Below, in pieces: positions 1 through 8,981 of a stretch of DNA of 64,000 nucleotides. Positions within the stretch are counted from its first letter, which is position 1; each line of letters begins with the position of its first letter. Below the pieces are notes generated by a model, which was not told the origin of the DNA, searched no databases, and saw only the letters and a list, made by a program, of their open reading frames with translations. The DNA is taken from positions 143 to 64,142 of the forward strand of contig JBBIGP010000008.1 in assembly GCA_037447475.1 (NCBI GenBank), given 5' to 3'. This DNA is from Candidatus Aminicenantes bacterium (GTDB lineage Bacteria > Acidobacteriota > Aminicenantia > Aminicenantales > Saccharicenantaceae). Made by a program: the position numbers and the translations under genes.

Positions 1-41
1 GATTCGTAGTCAGACGCTCTATCCAACTGAGCTACGGGCGC
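1..41 (-). tRNA. tRNA-Arg (anticodon ACG), 5' portion only; the remainder lies beyond the window edge
   Basis: Reverse complement of 1-41 parses as GCGCCCG-TA-GCTC-AGTTGGATA-GAGC-G-TCTGA-CTACGAA-TC. That gives a 7-nt acceptor arm, U8/A9, a D arm with GG, anticodon stem TCTGA and loop CT-ACG-AA. Confidence 0.85.
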
Positions 42-62
42 GCAGGACGGAAAAGCGGGGAC

Positions 63-91
63 AATATAGCGTAAATAACACCGATTTGCAA
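63..91 (-). promoter_or_regulatory. sigma70-type promoter for the tRNA-Arg gene
   Basis: Minus strand reads TTGCAA (86-91), a 17-nt spacer, then TATATT (63-68). It ends about 21 nt upstream of the mature tRNA 5' end. Confidence 0.6.
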
Positions 92-216
92 CGCGATGGC
101 CTCAGGTTTGGCGGGCAGGCCGGATAGGAAAGAACGGGGACACGCACCTGCGGCACATGTTCCCCATTGACCGGTACGCGTCACCCCGATCGGCGGACTG
201 CTGGGCGACCCTCGCC

Positions 217-1218
217 TCAGTCGATCGTCAGGACGGCGGCGCCGTTGATGCGGCCGGCCTTGAGCTCGCGCAGGACGTCGTTGGCCGCTTCCAGGGGGTA
301 GGTCCGGACGGTCGTCCGCACCGGGACTTCGGCGGCGGCATTCAGCAGCTCTTCACCGTCTTTTCTCGTCGCGTTGGCCACGCTGAGCATCCGCCGCTCA
401 TGATAGAGCAGGGAGTCGTAGTCGATCTCCGGGATGGGCGACATGTGAATGCCGGCCGAGACCGCCGTCCCTCCCCTGTCGAGGGCCCGAAGGGCGTCGA
501 TATAGAGGGCCCCGACGGGGGCGTAGATGATCGCGGAATCCAGCTTGGCCGGCGGCTCGTCCTGGGCCGAGCCGGCCCATTCCGCGCCCAGCTCCAGGGC
601 CAGGGCCCGGTGAGCTTCGCTTCTCGTGAAGACGAACACCCGGCAGCCCCAATGGCGGGCGATCTGAACTGCGATGTGGGCCGACGCGCCGAATCCGTAT
701 AGACCCAACGTCCCGCCAGGCGCGATGCCGCTGAGCCGAAGCGAGCGGTAGCCGATGATCCCGGCGCAAAGCAGCGGCGCAGCCTCCGCGTCGCCGATCG
801 CCTCCGGAAGGGCATAGGCAAACCGCTCCGGCACGGCCATGTATTCCGCGTAGCCGCCGTCGGCGTGGTAGCCGTTGAAGCGGGCCGTCTCACACAGGTT
901 CTCTCGGCCGCTCCGGCAGAACCGGCATCGGCCGCAGGCCCAGCGCAGCCAGGCCGCCCCGACCCTCTCCCCCGTCCGGAACCTCCCGGCCCTCTCCCCC
1001 GCCCTCTCGACGACGCCGACGATCTCGTGGCCGGGGACGAGCGGCAGCTTGACCTCGGGGAGCTCGCCCTCAACCTCGTGGAGGTCCGTATGGCACACGC
1101 CGCAACACCGCACCCGGACGAGGACGTCGTCCGGCCCGGGCTCTGGCGATGGGATGTCGCGCATCGCGAGCGGCGACTCGGCCGCGGGCCTGGGCCTGTC
1201 GAGGACCATCGCCTTCAT
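217..1218 (-). CDS. zinc-dependent alcohol dehydrogenase family protein
   Basis: 333-aa ORF. It has the catalytic-zinc motif CGVCHTDLH...GHEIVG, the structural-zinc Cys cluster CGRCRFCRSGRENLC and a GLYGFGASAH Rossmann motif. Its start overlaps the upstream gene's stop (ATGA). Confidence 0.85.
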   Translation of the reverse strand: MKAMVLDRPRPAAESPLAMRDIPSPEPGPDDVLVRVRCCGVCHTDLHEVEGELPEVKLPLVPGHEIVGVVERAGERAGRFRTGERVGAAWLRWACGRCRFCRSGRENLCETARFNGYHADGGYAEYMAVPERFAYALPEAIGDAEAAPLLCAGIIGYRSLRLSGIAPGGTLGLYGFGASAHIAVQIARHWGCRVFVFTRSEAHRALALELGAEWAGSAQDEPPAKLDSAIIYAPVGALYIDALRALDRGGTAVSAGIHMSPIPEIDYDSLLYHERRMLSVANATRKDGEELLNAAAEVPVRTTVRTYPLEAANDVLRELKAGRINGAAVLTID

Positions 1219-2531
1219 CGCCCCGCCTCCCCTTTGGCCTTGGCCATCTTTCTCCGGAGACGGTCAAGGCGTTTCTCGAAATCCCTTTCCGCGGCCGGAG
1301 ACCGGCCCTTGGAGACCGCCAACCCCTCGGTCGCGAAACGGACGGCCTCGGCGTAATCCTTGGCCCGGTGCTCGAAGTACATGGCCAGCTCGCGGAAGCA
1401 GTCGAATTCGTCCCCCGCGGCCATCTCCCTCCAGAAGCCCAGGGCCTTGTCCCAATCCTTGTTCTTCTTGAAGTGGCCGGAGAGCTTCTTGCGCGCTTGA
1501 TGGGAGACCTCGGCCGTCAGGCCCCCGGCCAGGGCCCTCTCGAGGAGGGCCGTCGTCGTCGTCATGTCCCCGGCCCTCTCGAAGAGCCGGGCCACGCCGT
1601 AGAGGTCCATGGCGTCGGCCTCTCCCCTTTCGGCGGCCTCGCGGTTCCTCTCGATGAGTACGGCCCCGGCGACGATGACGCCCAGGAGCGAGAGCAGGTC
1701 TTCCTGGTTGTGGTAGAGGACGGGTTCGATGAGCGAGAAATCGCCGCTGCGGATGTACTGGAAATAGCGGAGGGGGACCTCGGCCCCCGGGATGTCCTCC
1801 GCCCGCGCCGCGTGGACGATCGCCTGGGCCAGATCGAAGAGCCGGCAGCTTTCGTACTTGTGCTTCCAGAGGCTGCGGGCCGAGAACAGGAAGTCGAGGT
1901 GGGGCAGGTCCCGCAACGGGCAGGGCGTCCGGTGGAGGGCGAAGCGGGTCTCGATGAGAGGCAAGTCAAAGGCCTTGCCGTTGTAGCTGACGACGGACCT
2001 GAAGCCCATCTCGCGGACGAACCGGCCGAGCTCCTCGAGGAGCCGCCCCTCCTCGCCCATGTCGTCGAGGAAGAACTGGGTGACCCTGAACCGCTCGTCC
2101 CGGTAGTAGGCCAGTCCGACGAGGAAGGGGACCGTGCCCGTCCCCCCGGCGAGGCCCGTCGTCTCGAGGTCGATGAACACCGCCGACGAGAGATCGAGGT
2201 CCCGGAAGCCGCCGTCGCGGCTGAGGAAGCTGAGAACCGTGCCGGGGATCTGCAGGCCCATCGAGATCGGGATCTGACCGTAGCGGGCCCCCAGAACAAA
2301 GGAATTCTCGATGATCCGGACGGGCTCGCGCCGCAGCTTGGCCGCCGGCCTCGGCTCGGGACGGACGGCCGCCTGTCCCTTGTCGGTCAGGGAGATTAGG
2401 CGCTCGAGCTTCTGCTTGACCGAAAGCCCGTCCTCGCCGTCGATCCTTTCCCATGCCGTCCGGATCTTTTGGGACCGGGTCCGGGCGTCGCGCTCTCGGC
2501 GCAATTGCTTCAGCTTGTCGTCGAGGTCCAT
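1215..2531 (-). CDS. RNase H-like (YprB/COG3359-type predicted exonuclease) domain protein with C-terminal TPR-like repeats
   Basis: 438-aa ORF. The motif FIDLETTGL...GTVPFLVGL...SYNGKAFDLP is typical of the RNase H-like/DEDD fold. The C-terminal helical repeat region (YGVARLFERAGD..., ALGFWREMAAGDEFDCFRELAMYFEHRAKDY) looks TPR-like. Confidence 0.7.
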   Translation of the reverse strand: MDLDDKLKQLRRERDARTRSQKIRTAWERIDGEDGLSVKQKLERLISLTDKGQAAVRPEPRPAAKLRREPVRIIENSFVLGARYGQIPISMGLQIPGTVLSFLSRDGGFRDLDLSSAVFIDLETTGLAGGTGTVPFLVGLAYYRDERFRVTQFFLDDMGEEGRLLEELGRFVREMGFRSVVSYNGKAFDLPLIETRFALHRTPCPLRDLPHLDFLFSARSLWKHKYESCRLFDLAQAIVHAARAEDIPGAEVPLRYFQYIRSGDFSLIEPVLYHNQEDLLSLLGVIVAGAVLIERNREAAERGEADAMDLYGVARLFERAGDMTTTTALLERALAGGLTAEVSHQARKKLSGHFKKNKDWDKALGFWREMAAGDEFDCFRELAMYFEHRAKDYAEAVRFATEGLAVSKGRSPAAERDFEKRLDRLRRKMAKAKGEAGR

Positions 2532-2578
2532 GGCCGGCTTCTATATTAGGCCAAACGGACGGGCATTTCAAAGCGGGC

Positions 2579-2607
2579 TTGAATCGGGCCGGCGTTCGGA
2601 ATATAAA
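2579..2607 (+). promoter_or_regulatory. candidate sigma70 promoter upstream of rhaB
   Basis: TTGAAT (2579-2584), 17-nt spacer, TATAAA (2602-2607), in the divergent intergenic region. Confidence 0.45.
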
Positions 2608-2625
2608 AGGCTCCGAGGACAGGAC

Positions 2626-4116
2626 GTGGAGCAGACCAAGGACCATCACGATTTCCTGGCCTTCGACCTGGGCGCGGAAAGCGGCCGGGCCGTCATCGGC
2701 CGCCTCGACGGCGGACGTCTGTCGATCCGCGAGATCCGCCGCTTCCCGAATACACCCGTCACGGTCGCCGGCCACATCCACTGGAACGTACCCGTCCTGC
2801 TCGACGAGATGAAAGGCGCCCTGCGCGACGCGGCCGGCCAGGCGCCGCACGGCCTTGCGGGCATCGGCGTCGACACGTGGGGCGTGGACTTCGGCCTGCT
2901 GGACCGCGCCGGGGCTCTCGTCGGGCTGCCGTACTGCTACCGCGACCGCCGGAACCTCGGGGCCATGGAGGATTACTTCAAGCTTGTGCCGCCCATGGGC
3001 CTTTACGAGGCGACCGGCATCCAGTTCATGCCCTTCAACACTCTCTTCCAGATCTACGCCATGGTCCGCGAGCGCTCTCCGCAGCTCGACGCCGCCTCGG
3101 ACCTGCTCTTCATGCCCGACCTCTTCAACTACCTGCTCACGGGACGCAAATCGGCCGAGGCGACGATCGCCTCGACCTCGCAGCTCATGGACCCCCGCCG
3201 CCGGGACTGGATCCCAAGGCTTCTCCAGGCCATGGGCCTATCCAAGAAGCTCCTCCAGCCGGTCATCGAACCGGGGAGCGTCCTCGCGCCCCTGAGCGAA
3301 GCCATCGCTGCCGGGACCGGGCTTGCGGACACCCCCGTCATCGCCACGGCCGGCCACGATACGGCGGCGGCCGTCGCCGCCGTCCCCGCAGAAGGCGGGG
3401 ACTGGGCCTACATCAGCTCGGGGACCTGGTCCCTCATCGGGGTCGAGGAGAGCCGTCCGCTCATCACCGCCGGGGCCCGGGCCGCCAACTTCACGAACGA
3501 GGGCGGGGTCGGAGGCACGATCCGCTTCCTGAAGAACGTCACCGGGCTCTGGCTCGTCCAGGGCTGCCGACGGACCTGGGGAAAAGACGGGCTGGCCGGA
3601 TACGACGACCTCGTCCGGGCGGCCGCTGGGGCCCCGGCCTTCCGGACCTTCATCGACCCCGACAGCCCCGATTTCCACAATCCTCCGGACATGCCGGAGG
3701 CCATCCGGGGATTCTGCGAGCGGACCGGCCAGAAGCCGCCCGATTCAAAGGGGGCGATGGTCCGGGCCATCCTCGAGAGCCTGGCCCTCAAGTCGCGTCT
3801 GGTCATCGACCGTCTCGAGGTCCTCCGGAACCGCCCGGTCCGGACCGTCCACGTCATCGGCGGCGGTTCGCGCAATGACCTTCTCTGCCGGTTCACGGCC
3901 GAAGCGACCGGGCTCCGCGTCCTGGCCGGCCCGGCCGAAGCGACGGCCGTCGGGAACATCCTCGTCCAGGCCATGGCCGTGGGGCTCGTCGCGTCAACGG
4001 CGGGCATCCGGGAGATCGTCAGGACATCCTTCGAGCCGCGATCTTACGAACCGTCCGGCGCGGTTGGATGGGAGGAGGCCTACCGGCGCTTCCTCGGGCT
4101 GGTCGAGGGACCTTGA
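2626..4116 (+). CDS. rhaB: rhamnulokinase (FGGY carbohydrate kinase family)
   Basis: The N-terminus (V)EQTKDHHDFLAFDLGAESGRAVIG matches the FGGY phosphate-1 motif. DTWGVDFGLLD and GGGSRNDLLCRF also match. I place the start at the in-frame GTG at 2626, because the 105 codons upstream in the track ORF are low-complexity and overlap the divergent gene. The start is less certain than the call. Confidence 0.8.
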   Translation: MEQTKDHHDFLAFDLGAESGRAVIGRLDGGRLSIREIRRFPNTPVTVAGHIHWNVPVLLDEMKGALRDAAGQAPHGLAGIGVDTWGVDFGLLDRAGALVGLPYCYRDRRNLGAMEDYFKLVPPMGLYEATGIQFMPFNTLFQIYAMVRERSPQLDAASDLLFMPDLFNYLLTGRKSAEATIASTSQLMDPRRRDWIPRLLQAMGLSKKLLQPVIEPGSVLAPLSEAIAAGTGLADTPVIATAGHDTAAAVAAVPAEGGDWAYISSGTWSLIGVEESRPLITAGARAANFTNEGGVGGTIRFLKNVTGLWLVQGCRRTWGKDGLAGYDDLVRAAAGAPAFRTFIDPDSPDFHNPPDMPEAIRGFCERTGQKPPDSKGAMVRAILESLALKSRLVIDRLEVLRNRPVRTVHVIGGGSRNDLLCRFTAEATGLRVLAGPAEATAVGNILVQAMAVGLVASTAGIREIVRTSFEPRSYEPSGAVGWEEAYRRFLGLVEGP

Positions 4117-4169
4117 CAGGCGGTGCGAGGAGCGCTATAACGATGCCGTTCCTTCGTGGAGGGTTGAAA

Positions 4170-5435
4170 ATGGATGCCGCCGTCATCGAGCGGGACTATG
4201 CCTCGGCGCGGGAGAAGTACGCCTCACGGGGCATCGACACCGAACGGGCCCTCGAGCGGCTTCGCCCGATCGCCGTCTCCCTGCACTGCTGGCAGGGAGA
4301 CGATGTCGGCGGCTTCGAGAAAAGCGCCGCGGGCATCGGCGGGAGCGGCCTCCAGGTCACCGGGACCTATCCGGGCCGGGCCCGCAACGCCGACGAGCTC
4401 CGGGACGACCTCCATCAGGCCTTCGCTCTCATCCCCGGCCGCCACCGGGTCAACCTCCATGCCGTGTACGGCGAGTTCGGCGACCGGCCGGTCGAGCGCA
4501 ACGGCATCGAGCCGGAGCACTTCCGCGGCTGGCAGGAGTGGGCCCGCCGTGAGCACCTCAAGATCGACTTCAACGCGACCTGCTTCGCCCATCCCCTAGC
4601 GGCTGCGGGCGCCACCCTGAGCAGCCGCGACAACGGGACGCGCAAATTCTGGGTCGACCACGTCAAGTGCTGCCGCAAGATAGCCGCCTCGATCGGCCGC
4701 GAGCAGCAGGCCCCCTGCATTCACGATCTCTGGATCCCGGACGGCAGCAAGGACGTCCCGGCCGACCGATGGGGCCCGCGGGCGACGCTCCTGAAGTCCC
4801 TGGACGAGATCTTCTCGGTCGAATACAGCCCCCAGCAGGTCAAGGACGCCCTCGAGAGCAAGCTCTTCGGCATCGGCAGCGAATCCTACGTCGTCGGCTC
4901 GCACGAGCTCTACCTGGGTTACGCCTTGACCCGGGGGAAGATGATCTGCCTCGACCTCGGCCACTTCCATCCGACCGAGTCGGTGGCCGACAAGCTCTCG
5001 GCCGTCCTCCCCTTTTCCGGCGAGATCCTCCTCCACGTCAGCCGCGGCGTCCGCTGGGACAGCGATCACATCGTCCTGCTCAACGACGAGATCCGCGACC
5101 TGGCCGGGGAGATCGTCCGCAGCCAGGCCATCGACCGCATCCACATCGCCCTCGACTACTTCGACGCCTCCGTCAACCGGATCGGGGCCTGGGTCCTGGG
5201 AGCGAGAGCCTTTCTCAAAGGCCTCCTCCTGGCTCTGCTCGAGCCCCTGGACAAGCTCAAGGATCTCGACGTGCCCTCCAAGACCCTGACGCGTCTCTCG
5301 TCTCTCGAGGAGACGAAGACCCTGCCCTTCGGCGCCGTCTGGGACTACCATTGCCTGAAGAGCGGCGTGCCTCCGGCCGGCGAGTGGCTCCGGGAGGTCG
5401 AGGCCTACGAGCGCCGCGTCCTGAGCCGCCGCTGA
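4170..5435 (+). CDS. rhaA: L-rhamnose isomerase
   Basis: MDAAVIERDYASAREKYASRGIDTERALERLRPIAVSLHCWQGDDVGGFE is collinear with the RhaA N-terminus (SMHCWQGDDVSGFE in E. coli). GGAGGG lies 7 nt upstream of ATG 4170. Confidence 0.9.
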   Translation: MDAAVIERDYASAREKYASRGIDTERALERLRPIAVSLHCWQGDDVGGFEKSAAGIGGSGLQVTGTYPGRARNADELRDDLHQAFALIPGRHRVNLHAVYGEFGDRPVERNGIEPEHFRGWQEWARREHLKIDFNATCFAHPLAAAGATLSSRDNGTRKFWVDHVKCCRKIAASIGREQQAPCIHDLWIPDGSKDVPADRWGPRATLLKSLDEIFSVEYSPQQVKDALESKLFGIGSESYVVGSHELYLGYALTRGKMICLDLGHFHPTESVADKLSAVLPFSGEILLHVSRGVRWDSDHIVLLNDEIRDLAGEIVRSQAIDRIHIALDYFDASVNRIGAWVLGARAFLKGLLLALLEPLDKLKDLDVPSKTLTRLSSLEETKTLPFGAVWDYHCLKSGVPPAGEWLREVEAYERRVLSRR

Positions 5436-5451
5436 CCTCCTCCGGCTTCTG

Positions 5452-5481
5452 TTGACGCGGCCTCCGGAAATCGGCTAAACT
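5452..5481 (+). promoter_or_regulatory. candidate sigma70 promoter upstream of the HEAT/HD-GYP gene pair
   Basis: TTGACG (5452-5457), 18-nt spacer, TAAACT (5476-5481). Confidence 0.4.
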
Positions 5482-5522
5482 GCGTCCGGGAACAAGATCG
5501 TCGGGACCGGAAAGACCTGACC

Positions 5523-7412
5523 ATGTCCTCTCTACAGACGACCCAACGCCCCGAGGACGGCGACATCTTCCTCGCCGACAAGGACGTCGCCGTCAAGGCC
5601 AAAGATATCCTCAACTGCATGGCCAATGCCGTCTCGGCCATGAAGATCTTCCCCTCCGATCACGCCACCGTCAGGAATTTCGTGGACGCCCTGACGCAAA
5701 AATTCGGCGACTACTTCCGGACCTACCAAAGGCTTCGGGTCGGCATCGAGGAATATTCGTTCACGTGCGCCGGTCAGGTCGTCTATACGGACGAGCTGAC
5801 CATCAAGAGCCTGCCCTTCTTCTTCTTCAAGGACGGGGCCCAGACCCTCATCTTCTACCGCGGCCTCGACCGGAGGGAGGTCCTGGCCTTCCTCGAGCTG
5901 ATCAAGACCGTGGCCCAGAAGCCCGGCGGCGACAACGACATCGTGGCCGCCCTCTGGGAGAGCGATTTCTCGAACATCCAGTATCACGCGCCGGACGAGT
6001 TCATCGAGAACCGGATCCTGGCCGAGAAGCAGGACAGCGCCCCTGAAGAGAAGGACCTGCCCGAGCTGCCCTCCGACCTGGCCCATGAGACGCTCGAGAT
6101 CAAGGTCGACCTGGCCAAGTTCTCGGAAGGCCGGATCGAGCTCAAGCCCGAGGACCAGGCGAAGTTCCGCTGGGGGCCTCAGGAGGAAGACGCCGCCGGG
6201 ATCCCCCCGACCGCCGCGGAGGGAGAAGCCGGGCCCGCGCCGGCCGCCGCGCCCGAGGCCTCCTCCGGAATGGGCATCAGCCCGGCCGCGTCCCTCGATC
6301 CCCACCTCGACGAGCGGGAGCTCGAGGGGCTGGAGTCCATGATCCGGACCAACCGGCAGATCCGACCCGAAGAGGAGTTCTTGAACCTCACGGCCGAGGT
6401 CCTCTACCTGGAGGAGGACCCGGCCATCTGCGCCGCGAGCCTCGATGTCCTCTGCGATTTTCAGCTCGGACAGATCGCCCAGGGGAATTTCCCGGCGGCG
6501 GTTTCCGCCATCCGCAAGATGGAAGAGCTCCGGGCCGCTCTCGGGGCCGGGGCCAAGGTGAAGACCGAGCTCGTCGATTTCGCGCTCAAGCGCCTCACCG
6601 GGCCGAAAACGACCGAGGCCGTTCTCTCTCTCCTCGGGACACCGGTCCCGGTCGATTGGACGGCCCTCCGGGATTTCTTCCGCATCCTCGGCGCCCAGAC
6701 CCTGCCGACGGCCGCCGGCCTCTACGAAAGCCATTCGGACCCGGACGTCCGGGCCCTGCTGCGGGGGTTCATCGAGGAAGCAGGAGCCGGCGATCCGGCC
6801 CTGCTTTCCAGCCTGGCCACGGATACCCGGCCGGCCCTGTCCCTGGAGATCATCGGCATGCTCACCCGGATTCCCGGCGACAAGGGGATCCTCCAGCTTT
6901 CGACCTTCCTGATGTTCAAGGACCGGCCCCTCAAGCTCGAGGTCATTCACGCGCTAGGCCGGACGCCGGGCGAAGCCGCGAACCGCGTCCTGATGGGTTT
7001 CCTCAACGACCCGGATGAAGACCTGAGGATCCAGGCGGCCATGAAGCTCGACCCGACCGAGGAGAAGTCGCGCATCGTTCATATCATCAAGGAGGCCTCG
7101 TCGCCGTCTTTCCGCCGGAAAAGCCTCAAGGAGAAGCAGGCCATTCTCTCCTTCCTCGGGCGGACCCGGTCCGCGGAGTCCCTGGCCTTCCTCGTCGAGG
7201 TCCTGAGAAAGAAGACACTCCTGCCGTCGCGCCGGAACCGCGAGATGCGGATGGCGGCTGTTGCCGGTCTGGAGGGCCTGGGAACGGCCAAGGCCGCCGA
7301 GGCCTTGGAAGAAGCCGCCCGGTCTCGCGGCCGGTTGGTCAGGGAGGCCGCCTCGGAGGCCCTGGCCCGGCTGCATATCGTCGAGCCGCCCGAGCCGAAA
7401 GGACCATCATGA
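5523..7412 (+). CDS. HEAT-repeat protein with an N-terminal domain shared with the downstream HD-GYP protein
   Basis: 629-aa ORF. An acidic/Pro-rich linker sits mid-protein. The C-terminal helical repeats (ALGRTPGEAANRVLMGFLNDPDEDLRIQAAMKL; AVAGLEGLGTAKAAEALEEAARSRGRLVREAASEALARL) look HEAT/PBS-lyase-like. The stop overlaps the next start (ATGA at 7409-7412). Confidence 0.6.
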   Translation: MSSLQTTQRPEDGDIFLADKDVAVKAKDILNCMANAVSAMKIFPSDHATVRNFVDALTQKFGDYFRTYQRLRVGIEEYSFTCAGQVVYTDELTIKSLPFFFFKDGAQTLIFYRGLDRREVLAFLELIKTVAQKPGGDNDIVAALWESDFSNIQYHAPDEFIENRILAEKQDSAPEEKDLPELPSDLAHETLEIKVDLAKFSEGRIELKPEDQAKFRWGPQEEDAAGIPPTAAEGEAGPAPAAAPEASSGMGISPAASLDPHLDERELEGLESMIRTNRQIRPEEEFLNLTAEVLYLEEDPAICAASLDVLCDFQLGQIAQGNFPAAVSAIRKMEELRAALGAGAKVKTELVDFALKRLTGPKTTEAVLSLLGTPVPVDWTALRDFFRILGAQTLPTAAGLYESHSDPDVRALLRGFIEEAGAGDPALLSSLATDTRPALSLEIIGMLTRIPGDKGILQLSTFLMFKDRPLKLEVIHALGRTPGEAANRVLMGFLNDPDEDLRIQAAMKLDPTEEKSRIVHIIKEASSPSFRRKSLKEKQAILSFLGRTRSAESLAFLVEVLRKKTLLPSRRNREMRMAAVAGLEGLGTAKAAEALEEAARSRGRLVREAASEALARLHIVEPPEPKGPS

Positions 7413-8893
7413 CGGATCAGGTCAAGGAGACGGCGGCTGAACGGCCCGTGCCGGCGACGGACGACCTCAAGGCCTTCCAGAAAGCGGCCGTCGAGCTCCT
7501 GACCCGGTTCCACATCGTCGAGAAGATCGCCAAGATCCACGATCCCGGCAACGACGCCTTCCAAGCGCAGGGGCGGCTGCTCTTCGAGTCCTTGCAGGGC
7601 GTCTTGGCGACAGAGGATGAAGCCGCCTTCCGGATCCGCCATAGCTCCCTCCTCTTGAACGGCCTCCGGGTCAAGTCGACGATCGCCAACTACCCCATCT
7701 TCAAGTCGGTCATCGCGGAGCTCCGGGCCCGGGAGGTCGAGGCCGTGAGCTTCAAGAAGGGGCTGACGCTCGAGGAGCTGTATAGGTTCGCGCCGCTTTT
7801 CGCCAGGAGGGACAAGAAGGGCGGCTCGCCGTACGCCCGGCTCCAGGCCGACCTCGACGCCGCGGACATCTCCCACATCGCCCTCGAAAAAGCGTCCGCG
7901 CTCAAGACCCCGGCGAACCTCGACCGGAGCACGGCCCGGATGTTCTTCCTGTCCATCGTCCACCTCAAGGACTCCTTCCGCCGGAACCAGAAGAACGCGG
8001 GCATCAAGGTCCATACGACCCGGCGCCTCATGCAGTCCATCTACAACCACATCGTCGACAACGAGGCCTTCATCCACGGCCTGACGAACATCAAGAACCA
8101 CGACGAGTACACCCTCAACCACTCGGTCAACGTCTGCCTCCTGACCACGGCCCTCGGCCGGCGACTGGGGCTCAACCGGGGCGAGCTCATCGACCTGGGC
8201 ATCGCCGCCTTCTTCCACGACCTCGGGAAGCTCGAGACGCCCCTGGAGATCCTCAACAAGCCCGACAAGCTCGACGAACGGGAGCGCGAGATCATGGAAC
8301 AGCACCCGTTCAAGGGGGCCGAGAAGCTCGTTCTCCTCAGGGAGGCCCGGCGCCTCCCCCTGAGGGCCATCCATGTCGCCATGGAGCACCACATCAAGGA
8401 GGACCTGACGGGGTACCCGAAGTACTACAAGAAGGAGGACGTCAACCTTTTCAGCAAGATCGTCAAGGTCGTCGACTTCTTCGACGCCATCACGACCAAG
8501 CGCGTCTACCGGGCCAAGGTCTACACCCGGGCCGAGGCCCTGGCCCTCATGCTCGAGCAGTCGGGGACCGAGTTCAATCCCCTCATCCTCAAGGCCTTCG
8601 TCAATCTCATGGGGGTCTTCCCCATCGGCTCGCTGGTGGCCCTGACCTCCGGCGAGCTGGGCGTCGTCTTCGATCTCAACCCGGACCCGAAGCTCCTCAT
8701 GCGGCCGTCCGTCAAGCTCATCACCGACAAAGACGGGAACAAGACCGACGGGGAGGTCGTCGATCTCTCCGAGCGGGATCCGGCGACGGGCCGCTTCCTG
8801 CGGACCATCGTCACCGCGCTCAATCCCGACGACTACGGGATCGAGGTCTCCGACTACTTCCTGGCCCGGGTCCAGCAGGACGCGGCCCCCTGA
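7409..8893 (+). CDS. HD-GYP domain protein (putative c-di-GMP phosphodiesterase)
   Basis: HSVNVCLLT...AAFFHDLGK...HHIKEDLTGYPKY...DFFDAITTKRVYR: HD and GYP signatures are present in the canonical order. Confidence 0.85.
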   Translation: MTDQVKETAAERPVPATDDLKAFQKAAVELLTRFHIVEKIAKIHDPGNDAFQAQGRLLFESLQGVLATEDEAAFRIRHSSLLLNGLRVKSTIANYPIFKSVIAELRAREVEAVSFKKGLTLEELYRFAPLFARRDKKGGSPYARLQADLDAADISHIALEKASALKTPANLDRSTARMFFLSIVHLKDSFRRNQKNAGIKVHTTRRLMQSIYNHIVDNEAFIHGLTNIKNHDEYTLNHSVNVCLLTTALGRRLGLNRGELIDLGIAAFFHDLGKLETPLEILNKPDKLDEREREIMEQHPFKGAEKLVLLREARRLPLRAIHVAMEHHIKEDLTGYPKYYKKEDVNLFSKIVKVVDFFDAITTKRVYRAKVYTRAEALALMLEQSGTEFNPLILKAFVNLMGVFPIGSLVALTSGELGVVFDLNPDPKLLMRPSVKLITDKDGNKTDGEVVDLSERDPATGRFLRTIVTALNPDDYGIEVSDYFLARVQQDAAP

Positions 8894-8981
8894 CGATCCT
8901 TTCCCGGTCCTCCCGCCCTTCCGTCCCCGTCCCTCTTTTCCCTATAATAGCGGCTGAAACCGTCGCATCGAGAGGTCCGTC

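Noticed and set aside
1-216. tRNA-Arg as an integration hotspot or genomic island boundary
   Set aside because: There is no integrase, no direct repeat of the tRNA 3' end (which lies outside the window) and no compositional shift in the adjacent genes. The adjacent ADH/RNase H-like genes look native.
2311-2625. 105-codon N-terminal extension of the rhaB ORF
   Set aside because: It overlaps the divergent RNase H-like gene and the promoter region. The sequence is low-complexity. FGGY homology begins right after GTG 2626.
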